Shown: piece after piece, positions 54,917 to 63,039 of the stretch
How positions within the stretch are numbered: the first letter of the stretch is position 1
Layout of the letters: every line of letters starts with the position of its first letter
Assembly: GCA_045125955.1 (NCBI GenBank)
Contig: JBGVNV010000106.1
Span: 667-64,666 of the forward strand
Direction: 5' to 3'
Length of the DNA stretch: 64,000 nt
Source of the DNA: Faecousia sp.
GTDB taxonomy: Bacteria > Bacillota > Clostridia > Oscillospirales > Oscillospiraceae
The notes under the pieces: generated by a model
The model's database searches: none
What the model was told of the DNA's origin: nothing
What the model saw: the letters and a program-made list of their open reading frames with translations, nothing else
Translations under genes and position numbers: made by a program

Positions 54917-56113
54917 ATGGCTTTCTTCGGTAAATTATTTGAGAAAAAGGTCTGCGATCTCTGCGGCGGCGAGATCGGACTGCTGGGCAACAAGAAGCTG
55001 GAGGACGGCAACTGCTGCAAGGAGTGCGCCGGTAAGCTTTCCCCCTGGTTTGATGAGCGCAGACATTCCACCGTGGAGCAGATCCGGCGGCAGATTGCCG
55101 CCCGTGAGGAAAACCGGCAGAAGCTCCAGACCTGGAACCACGACATGGTCTTCGGCGAGTATCAGAAGCTCTATGTGAAATTCTCCGGCAGAATTCCCGA
55201 TTCCTTCGTGATCTCCTCCGCTTCCAATTACAAGGAGGCCAACGCCGATATTCTGCAGTTTGCCCATGTGTCCTCCTGCGATGCCGACATCCGGGAGTCC
55301 CACAAGGAGCTGAAGCAGAATAATGCCCAGGGTGAGGAGATCAGCTACAATCCGCCCCGGTATGAGTACAGCTACGAGTTCTATGTCAAGCTCATGATCA
55401 TGGGCTGCGAGTACATCGATGACATGCGCTTCCGCCTGAACCGCAATACCCTGAAGCTGCAGACCGTCCAGAGTCTGAACGGCAGAGGCCTGAAATTCAG
55501 CAGGGCCTTTGATCCCATGCAGTACCCCGAATACCGGGAGCTGAAAAGCGAGCTGGACACCGTCTGCCGGATCTTCTCCTGCGGCCAGCGGGGCATCCCC
55601 TACGAGGGCAATGCCGCCACCGGTGGCGACGGCATCCAGAACCTGCTGGAGCAGATCCGTACCGCTCCCGATCTGGAGACGGCCATGCAGCTCCAGGCAG
55701 CTCTGGCTCTGATGACCATTGCCAATCCCAATAAGGATCATATCAACGCCCAGGCCGCCCAGGCTCTGGCCCAGGTGAAGAACCGCTGTATGCAGGGCAA
55801 TGCAGGTGTCAATCGCCCTGCCGCACCTGCTGCTTCCGGTCAGTGGGTCTGCCAGAGCTGCGGCAGTCAGAACACCGGCAAATTCTGCTCCGGCTGCGGC
55901 AATCCCAGACCTGTTCCCGTCCAGCAGTCCGGCTGGAAGTGCTTCTGCGGCACCACCAACACCGGCCGCTTCTGCAATGAGTGCGGCACCACCCGCTTTG
56001 AGCCCCGTCAGATCTGGTGCAGCGAATGCAGCTGGACCATCGAGGAGGAGGGCCAGGTCCCCAAGTTCTGCCCCAACTGCGGCAAAAAATTCAACAATGA
56101 CGACATCCGATAA
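54917..56113 (+). CDS. DUF4428-type protein with three C-terminal zinc ribbons
   Basis: N-terminal CDLCGGEIGLLGNKKLEDGNCCKECAGKLSPWF matches the DUF4428 pattern. C-terminal ribbons: CQSCG..GKFCSGCG, CFCG..GRFCNECG and CSEC...CPNCG. Confidence 0.8.
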   Translation: MAFFGKLFEKKVCDLCGGEIGLLGNKKLEDGNCCKECAGKLSPWFDERRHSTVEQIRRQIAAREENRQKLQTWNHDMVFGEYQKLYVKFSGRIPDSFVISSASNYKEANADILQFAHVSSCDADIRESHKELKQNNAQGEEISYNPPRYEYSYEFYVKLMIMGCEYIDDMRFRLNRNTLKLQTVQSLNGRGLKFSRAFDPMQYPEYRELKSELDTVCRIFSCGQRGIPYEGNAATGGDGIQNLLEQIRTAPDLETAMQLQAALALMTIANPNKDHINAQAAQALAQVKNRCMQGNAGVNRPAAPAASGQWVCQSCGSQNTGKFCSGCGNPRPVPVQQSGWKCFCGTTNTGRFCNECGTTRFEPRQIWCSECSWTIEEEGQVPKFCPNCGKKFNNDDIR

Positions 56114-56136
56114 ACCCGGAAAAGGAGTGATACACG

Positions 56137-57207
56137 ATGTCCGTTTTACAGCAATTCAAATGCCCCTGCTGTGACGGTGCCATCGAGTTCGACAGCACCG
56201 TACAGAAGATGAAGTGCCCCTACTGCGGCACGGAATTTGACATGGAAGCCATCCAGCCCCAGGAAGAGCATGCCGATGAAATGACCTGGGATACCGCCGC
56301 AGGCGGCGAGTGGCTTGAGGGCGAGACCGAGGGCCTGCGGGTCTACACCTGCCAGACCTGCGGCGGCGAGATCGTGGCCGAAGGGACCACCGGTGCGACA
56401 GAATGTCCCTACTGCGGCAATCCCGTGGTGATGACCGGCCAGTTCGCGGGCGACCTGAAGCCCGATCTTGTCATCCCCTTCAAGCTGGATAAGAAGTCGG
56501 CAATCGCCAAGCTCCAGGAACTGTACAAGGGCAAGCTCCTGCTGCCCAGAGTCTTCAAGGATCGGAACCACATCAGGGAGGTCAAGGGCCTGTATGTCCC
56601 CGTGTGGCTCTTTGACACCGATGCCGATGCCCATGTGCGCTACAAGGCCTCCACGGTCCGCACCTGGAGCGACAGCGATTACAATTACACGGAGACCAGC
56701 TATTTTTCCGTGACCCGCGGCGGCTCCATCGGCTTTGCGGACGTTCCTGTGGACGGCTCCACCAAAATGGATGACACTCTGATGGAATCCATCGAGCCCT
56801 ATGACCTCTCCGCCGCCGTGGATTTCCAGACGGCCTACCTCTCCGGCTACCTGGCGGACAAGTACGATGTGGATGCAGAGGAGCGTGTCCAGAGGGCCAA
56901 CGAGCGCATCCGGCGCAGTACCGAGGAGGCCTTCGCCGCCACGGTCCAGGGCTACGCCACCGTGACCCCCACCGCCTCCTCCATCCGGCTGAACAACGGC
57001 AGAGCCCGATACGCCCTGCTGCCGGTGTGGATCCTGAACACCCAGTGGAACGGCCAGAAATTCACCTTCGCCATCAACGGTCAGACCGGCAAAATCGTGG
57101 GCGACCTGCCCGTGGACAAGGGTGCTTACAACAAGTGGCTCTTCGGCGTGGCCGGTGCGGTATCCGCGGCGGTGTTTGCCCTGAGCTATCTGCTCTGGCT
57201 GCTGTGA
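56137..57207 (+). CDS. YdjG-like double zinc-ribbon protein with a C-terminal TM anchor
   Basis: CPCCDG...CPYCG and CQTCGG...CPYCGN ribbons, with a TM segment WLFGVAGAVSAAVFALSYLLWLL. Confidence 0.7.
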   Translation: MSVLQQFKCPCCDGAIEFDSTVQKMKCPYCGTEFDMEAIQPQEEHADEMTWDTAAGGEWLEGETEGLRVYTCQTCGGEIVAEGTTGATECPYCGNPVVMTGQFAGDLKPDLVIPFKLDKKSAIAKLQELYKGKLLLPRVFKDRNHIREVKGLYVPVWLFDTDADAHVRYKASTVRTWSDSDYNYTETSYFSVTRGGSIGFADVPVDGSTKMDDTLMESIEPYDLSAAVDFQTAYLSGYLADKYDVDAEERVQRANERIRRSTEEAFAATVQGYATVTPTASSIRLNNGRARYALLPVWILNTQWNGQKFTFAINGQTGKIVGDLPVDKGAYNKWLFGVAGAVSAAVFALSYLLWLL

Positions 57208-57220
57208 GGAGGTGCTGAAC

Positions 57221-57970
57221 ATGAAGAAATTATTTTCCCTGCTGCTCGTCCTGGTTCTGGTTCTGAGCATGGCGGTTTCCGTTTCTGCGGCAACGGATGC
57301 CTTTGTTTACGACGATGCAGGACTCCTGACGGAAGGGGAGCGGGCGGACCTTGCAAACCGGCTGGCCCGGCTCAGCGATACATACAACGCCCAGATCGTG
57401 GTGGTCACGATCCCCTCGGCGGAGGGCAACGATCCGGACGCCATCGTGGAATATTTCTACGACAACATGGGCATCGGCTACGGCGAGAACCTGGACGGCG
57501 TTCTGCTGCTTGTCTGCATGGACCCCAGAGAGTACCGGATCCTCAGCAACGGCTACTGCGCTGCGGCCATTGATCCCGCCGACATCAATGCCATCGGCAG
57601 TGTCATTGTCAATGACCTGAGCGAAGGCGACTACGCCGACGCCTTCGATATCTTCGCCGAAAAGTGCGAGTATTATCTGGACGGCCACCTCAACGGCTTC
57701 TCCTTCAATTTCGGCATGAATCTGATGATCGCGCTGATGGTCGGCCTCGTTGCAGGCCTCATCACCGCCAAGAGCCTGAAGGGCCAGCTCAAGACCGTCC
57801 ACAAAAAGAACGAGGCCAAAAGCTACATCAAGGCCGGAAGCATGAATCTGCAAACCCAGAACGATGTGTTCCTGTACCGGGACGTCCGGCGCACCCCGAA
57901 GCCCAAAGAAACCAACACCCGCTCCTCCTCCGGCAGCTCCTCCCGGAGCGTCGGCGGCGGTTCCTTCTGA
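57221..57970 (+). CDS. TPM-domain (YdjH/YgcG-like) membrane protein
   Basis: Signal peptide, FVYDDAGLLT..E...L...L......AQIVVVT, a TM segment and a Ser/Gly tail ending GGGSF. ATG 57221 follows GAGGAGG. Confidence 0.85.
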   Translation: MKKLFSLLLVLVLVLSMAVSVSAATDAFVYDDAGLLTEGERADLANRLARLSDTYNAQIVVVTIPSAEGNDPDAIVEYFYDNMGIGYGENLDGVLLLVCMDPREYRILSNGYCAAAIDPADINAIGSVIVNDLSEGDYADAFDIFAEKCEYYLDGHLNGFSFNFGMNLMIALMVGLVAGLITAKSLKGQLKTVHKKNEAKSYIKAGSMNLQTQNDVFLYRDVRRTPKPKETNTRSSSGSSSRSVGGGSF

Positions 57971-57988
57971 CGAAAAGGAGAGAAAATT

Positions 57989-59827
57989 ATGAAAAGAATC
58001 ATCAGTTTATTGCTTTGCATGGTGTTGATGACTGTGCTGGCCGCGCCTGTGTCCGCCGCCAGCCCGGAGATCATCTTCACCGCCGACAGCGGCTTTACCC
58101 CCGGCTGTACCGTGACGGTGGACAAGGGTGAGACCCTCATGAGCTGCTACAACAACGGCACCTCTGACATCTACAACGCCTATCTGGAGGGCGATGTCCA
58201 GTATTACTGGATGCGAAACGATAGCTATTACGCCGACGGCCCCAGCATCACCATCCGGGAGGAGGACCGGGGCTGCTCCTTCTACTGCATGGCCGCCCTC
58301 TACGGCGATGAGGACCACATCCAGCAGATCGGCACCATTTACTCCGACTCCTTCTTTGTCCCCAACGACCTGGTGGAGCCTGAGATCCCGGTGATCACCA
58401 CCGAATCACTTCCCAACGCCGTGGTCGGTCAGGAGTACTACTTCAAGCTTGAATGCACCGACCCCGATGTACATTACTCCCTGTTCCGCAGCTCTTTGCC
58501 TGATGGCATGTACCTGACCCAGCACGGCGAGATCGAGGGTAACCCCACCGAGACGGGCTTCTGGTATGTGGTCATCATGGCCACCCCCGAGGCAGGAGAG
58601 GACTACGCCACCACCGCAGAATTCGAGTTCTATGTGGTGGAGGACGGCCCCGATTACACCCTGGAGATCATGCGCCTGCCCGACAAGCTGACCTATTATC
58701 TGGGCGAGAGCTTCGATATGACCGGCGCGTGGGTCCGCATCTGGACCCCCGAGGGCTACCTCGATTCCTTTGACGGCGAATATCTGGACTACTACACGGG
58801 TCCCCTGGAGAATCTGGGCGAGCGGCGGATCAAGCTCCGCTATATGGATGCCATGGAGATCATCTATATCGAAGTGGTGGAAGATCCCAATGCGGAATAT
58901 CATACCGTCACTTACTATCTGGGCGGCGACCTCTTTGAGGAGATGGAAGTCAGACACGGAGCATGCGCCGAGGATCTGCTGGTGCCCGAGGTGGAAGGCA
59001 TGGCTTTCACGGGCTGGCTTACCGAAGAGGGGGAATATTACGATTTCTCCGCACCCGTCACCGGGGATGTGGAAGTCTATGGTGCCTATGGCTATGTGGT
59101 GGCCCTCTGCTTCGGCATTGACAATCCCGTGGGCTGGCAGGTGGTGGAGCCGGGCAAGTGCGCCGTTGAGCCGGAGCCTCCCGCCCAGGAGGGCAAGGAG
59201 TTCCTGGGCTGGTATACGGAGTTCACCGGCGGCGTGAAGTTCGATTTCTCCACTCCCATCACCGGCAATATCAATCTGTATGCCCGGTTTGTGGATGCCA
59301 CTCCCTTCACCGATGTTCCCGTGGGCAGCTTCTATTATGAGCCCGTCATCTGGGCCCTGGAGAACGGTATCACCACCGGTGCCACCGCCACCACGTTCAA
59401 TCCCAACGGCCCCTGTCTGCGGGCCCATGTGGTCACCTTCCTGTGGCGTGCGGAGGGACAGCCTGCGCTGACCCATTACAATAACCCCTTCACCGATGTT
59501 CGCCCCAACGATTTCTTCTTCGTCCCCGTCCAGTGGGCGGTGGCGGAGGGAATCACCAACGGCACCTCTGCCACCACCTTCGGCTCCTATGACAACTGCA
59601 ACCGGGCCGCCGTCGTCACCTTCCTCTGGCGCGCCGCCGGTTGCCCGGAGCCCAAGGCAGTGAACAATCCCTTCGTGGATGTGAAGCCCACCGACTTCTT
59701 CTATAAGGCCGTCCTGTGGGCGGTGGAGTGCGGCATCACCAATGGCGTGGATGCCACCCACTTCGGCCCCACTGCCGGCTGCAACCGCGCCCAGGTGGTG
59801 ACCTTCCTGTACAGAGCCTACAACTGA
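57989..59827 (+). CDS. secreted multi-domain surface protein (Ig-like and Listeria-Bacteroides-type repeats) with 3 SLH-like C-terminal repeats
   Basis: Signal peptide, two GW(L/Y)TE..G..(Y/F)DFS.P(V/I)TG repeats, and three F.DV...F(F/Y)...V.WA.E.GIT.G...T.F...G.C.RA.VVTFL.RA units. Confidence 0.8.
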   Translation: MKRIISLLLCMVLMTVLAAPVSAASPEIIFTADSGFTPGCTVTVDKGETLMSCYNNGTSDIYNAYLEGDVQYYWMRNDSYYADGPSITIREEDRGCSFYCMAALYGDEDHIQQIGTIYSDSFFVPNDLVEPEIPVITTESLPNAVVGQEYYFKLECTDPDVHYSLFRSSLPDGMYLTQHGEIEGNPTETGFWYVVIMATPEAGEDYATTAEFEFYVVEDGPDYTLEIMRLPDKLTYYLGESFDMTGAWVRIWTPEGYLDSFDGEYLDYYTGPLENLGERRIKLRYMDAMEIIYIEVVEDPNAEYHTVTYYLGGDLFEEMEVRHGACAEDLLVPEVEGMAFTGWLTEEGEYYDFSAPVTGDVEVYGAYGYVVALCFGIDNPVGWQVVEPGKCAVEPEPPAQEGKEFLGWYTEFTGGVKFDFSTPITGNINLYARFVDATPFTDVPVGSFYYEPVIWALENGITTGATATTFNPNGPCLRAHVVTFLWRAEGQPALTHYNNPFTDVRPNDFFFVPVQWAVAEGITNGTSATTFGSYDNCNRAAVVTFLWRAAGCPEPKAVNNPFVDVKPTDFFYKAVLWAVECGITNGVDATHFGPTAGCNRAQVVTFLYRAYN

Positions 59828-59860
59828 CAGCAGACAGGGGGATGCTCCTGCTTCCCCAGT

Positions 59861-59972
59861 TGTCATCCTGAGCGAGCAAAGCGAGTCGAAGGATCTGCGC
59901 ATCGATTATGGTGCTGAGGTTCCGGAAGTGCGAAGATTCTTCGACTCCGCTGACGCTCCGCTCAGAATGACA
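59861..59972. mobile_element. MITE-like palindromic element between the two SLH genes
   Basis: Arms 59861-59895 (tgtcatcctgagcgagcaaagcgagtcgaaggatc) and 59935-59972 (reverse complement tgtcattctgagcggagcgtcagcggagtcgaagaatc) form an imperfect 35-38-nt inverted repeat. Confidence 0.55.
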
Positions 59973-60017
59973 GATCTGTGAGCCAGTACAAAAAATCAAA
60001 ACAAGGAGGAAAAAACA

Positions 60018-62963
60018 ATGAAAAAACGATTGATAAGCTTTTTGCTCGTCCTGGTCATGGTCCTGTCGCTGATCCCGGCCATGGCACCGGAGGTTCAGGC
60101 CGCCGATTTTTATTGGGTCCAGGTACGTCAGATGGATGATTACCCGGACGGCTATTATGATGAATATGGCCATTTCACGAGTCAGAAACCCTATGACTAT
60201 GACTATAACGAATATATCCATTACAGCGATGGCGTGGTGACCCTCCATAATTGCCACGGCAGATTGCTCACCTGCGATTCCGTCGAAGGACTCGATACGC
60301 TGACGATCGTTCTGGAAGGAGACAACACCTTTAAGCAGATCCGCAGCGATATTCCCGTGGTGATCAAGGGCACCGGCACGCTGACCTTGACCATGCATGT
60401 AACGACGCGGGGCCCCGGACTCGAAGTTCCCGAGCTGACGATCAAGAGCGGCGTGGTCAAGTGCGACATACTGGAAACTACGAAACACAACAGAGGCATT
60501 ACCATAGACGGCGGTGCCCTGGAGGCGAAGAAAATCGATATGCGTGCAGATTGCTTCATCGATCTCGAAGCGGGCAACCTGACGCTGGAGAACAACCGCT
60601 ATGATTTTGTGTTCCCTGCGAACCAGCTTTGGTCAGCTCATAGAGTGATCTGGGATACCTACGATAGTTACTGGACATGGCTGGATAATTACATCCCCGA
60701 TCTGAAAACCAACAGCGGTGTCGAGAGCCGGTATTGGTGCATTACGAACGACGATGATCAGCATGTCAATCCGAATAAGCAGAAGGGCGTTCCGCCCTCC
60801 GGCACCAGACGCGGTCTGCTGGTCGAGTGGCATGCCTATGATCTGAGCAGGATGACCAGCTATCCCGCAATGCCGAAGGGAAAGAAATCCACGGATGTTG
60901 TGGTGACCACCGATGCGTACGAATTTTCCATGAATGCAATTCCGCTGACCAGCGGATGGGTCGACGCCGGATACATCCAGTCGGAGACCATGCTCGTCTT
61001 CGACAGCGACGGCAAGGTGATCTTCTCCAAAACCAAGGATGACGCTGACGCCGGCGCTGCACCCATTACCTTTAACATGGAGGGCCTGCCCGGCGGCAAG
61101 TACAAGGTCCAGATGATCGTCCGCTTCTACGACTCCAATGACAACAAGAAGAAGGAGCTGACCTATACCTACAATGTGGATCGTCAGCTCTCCACGATCC
61201 TTGCCGTCGGCGGATTTGTTCCGGCTGGCACGGTGGTGTATGCCAAGGTGTATAAAGCAAGAACCGACGAGTGTGTAGCCGAGGAGCGTATTGTAACGGA
61301 GAAAAGCGATGAGGCGTTCATGGTCTTCTTCACGGATGTGGAGCCGGGCAAATATGATGTGAAATTAAAGTCCACCGGCTACCTGGATGCCGTTGGTACC
61401 GTTGAAGTGGGACCCAAGCAACTGGGATCGATTGGGCTGGAAATGGTGAAGATCCCCCTGAGCTTCCGGTCCATGAATCCCTACGCCTCGGTGGAAGAGC
61501 GGCAGAAGGGCTTGACGGATCTCGGCACCGTGAAGCTCGGCAGTGCGGAAACCGACATCGACTTCTATGGCTTCCCCAACAAGCTGGATCTGGAATTCAC
61601 CATTAAAGGCTGGGTCGCCGGACGGAGCATCACCGTGACCAAGGACGGTGAGGAGTTCTACAAGAGAACCTACGAAGAGAACGAAGCCTTCGGCTGGAAC
61701 CTGAAGGACAACATTGATGACGGCGGCACCTACCGCATCACGCTGGTGGCCTTCGTTGAGAACGGCTCGAATGTGAGCGAAATAAGCCACACCTTCCAGA
61801 TCAAGGTCGAAGGCTCCAACATCCGGAGCGTCAATGTCGATGGCATCGGCACCCCCGTCATCGGCAAGGCTCCCTCCACCATCAACACCGCAACCACCGA
61901 TGCCGCCGGTGCGTATATTGATAAGGTGGTCTGGGCCTATTACTCCAACGAGATGGGCGGCTCCTGGACCAATATGCCTGCCGGTAAGGTGTTTGAGGCA
62001 GGAAAGCGTTACATGGCGATCGTGGAAATGGAGCATGAGGACGGATACTCCTTCGCTCTGAACAGAGAGGATATGTATGGCTCCATCAACGGTAATAAGG
62101 CGATCGTCTCTCCTGTGTACAGCACCGATGAGCTTGCGCTGGATCTTGAGTATACCCCCATCACCAACCCCGCCTTCACCACCCAGCCCGAGAGCACCGA
62201 AGCCCCCGAGGACGGCAGCGGCTTCGTCAGCTGGATGCTGAACTTTGAACCCAGCAAGCTGGAGATCCTGCGCTATGACGGTGATCGTCCTTCCTACAAC
62301 TACAATACCCTCAGCGTCAGAACCCGCTCTGCACTGGTGGAACCCAGCACCGATGCATACTGCATCCGGGCTTACTACAATGACAAGGAGTATGTGGATT
62401 CTGCGAAGTTCCATGTGTACAAGATGAACCCGGAGGCACCCTTCTACGATGTTCCCTCGGACAGCTATTACAACGACCCCGTCATCTGGGCCGTGGAGAA
62501 CGGCATCACCAACGGCGTGTCGAATCTGCTCTTTGGCTCCAATGACTCCTGCCTCCGGGCCCATGTGGTCACCTTCCTCCACCGGGCCGCAGGCAACCCT
62601 GAGCCCAGCTCCACGAAGAATCCCTTCACCGATGTGAAGTCCAGCGACTTCTTCTACAAGCCCGTCCTGTGGGCCGTGGAGAAGGGGATCACCAACGGCA
62701 CCTCCGCCACCACCTTCGGCTCCTTCGACACCTGTAACCGTGCCGCAGTCGTCACCTTCCTGTGGCGGGCCCAGGGAAGCCCGGAGCCCACCTCCACCCA
62801 AAATCCCTTCGTGGATGTGAAGAGCACCGACTTCTTCTATAAGGCCGTCCTGTGGGCGGTGGAGAACGGCATCACCAATGGCATCGATGCCACCCACTTC
62901 GGCCCCACCAACGGCTGCAACCGCGCCCAGGTGGTGACCTTCCTGTACAGAGCTTATAACTGA
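60018..62963 (+). CDS. 981-aa secreted surface protein with 3 SLH-like C-terminal repeats
   Basis: Signal peptide ending EVQA, a beta-rich body, and a C-terminal triple repeat nearly identical to that of the preceding gene. Confidence 0.8.
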   Translation: MKKRLISFLLVLVMVLSLIPAMAPEVQAADFYWVQVRQMDDYPDGYYDEYGHFTSQKPYDYDYNEYIHYSDGVVTLHNCHGRLLTCDSVEGLDTLTIVLEGDNTFKQIRSDIPVVIKGTGTLTLTMHVTTRGPGLEVPELTIKSGVVKCDILETTKHNRGITIDGGALEAKKIDMRADCFIDLEAGNLTLENNRYDFVFPANQLWSAHRVIWDTYDSYWTWLDNYIPDLKTNSGVESRYWCITNDDDQHVNPNKQKGVPPSGTRRGLLVEWHAYDLSRMTSYPAMPKGKKSTDVVVTTDAYEFSMNAIPLTSGWVDAGYIQSETMLVFDSDGKVIFSKTKDDADAGAAPITFNMEGLPGGKYKVQMIVRFYDSNDNKKKELTYTYNVDRQLSTILAVGGFVPAGTVVYAKVYKARTDECVAEERIVTEKSDEAFMVFFTDVEPGKYDVKLKSTGYLDAVGTVEVGPKQLGSIGLEMVKIPLSFRSMNPYASVEERQKGLTDLGTVKLGSAETDIDFYGFPNKLDLEFTIKGWVAGRSITVTKDGEEFYKRTYEENEAFGWNLKDNIDDGGTYRITLVAFVENGSNVSEISHTFQIKVEGSNIRSVNVDGIGTPVIGKAPSTINTATTDAAGAYIDKVVWAYYSNEMGGSWTNMPAGKVFEAGKRYMAIVEMEHEDGYSFALNREDMYGSINGNKAIVSPVYSTDELALDLEYTPITNPAFTTQPESTEAPEDGSGFVSWMLNFEPSKLEILRYDGDRPSYNYNTLSVRTRSALVEPSTDAYCIRAYYNDKEYVDSAKFHVYKMNPEAPFYDVPSDSYYNDPVIWAVENGITNGVSNLLFGSNDSCLRAHVVTFLHRAAGNPEPSSTKNPFTDVKSSDFFYKPVLWAVEKGITNGTSATTFGSFDTCNRAAVVTFLWRAQGSPEPTSTQNPFVDVKSTDFFYKAVLWAVENGITNGIDATHFGPTNGCNRAQVVTFLYRAYN

Positions 62964-62974
62964 TCAAATCTAAG

Positions 62975-63000
62975 GCAGCCGCCCGGAATCGGGCGGCTGC
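62975..63000 (+). terminator. 10-bp perfect GC hairpin after the SLH gene (poor T tail)
   Basis: gcagccgccc-ggaatc-gggcggctgc. Confidence 0.4.
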
Positions 63001-63039
63001 TTCCGGGCCGGTGCCGTTGGTCCCGACTTTTTCCCGGAT

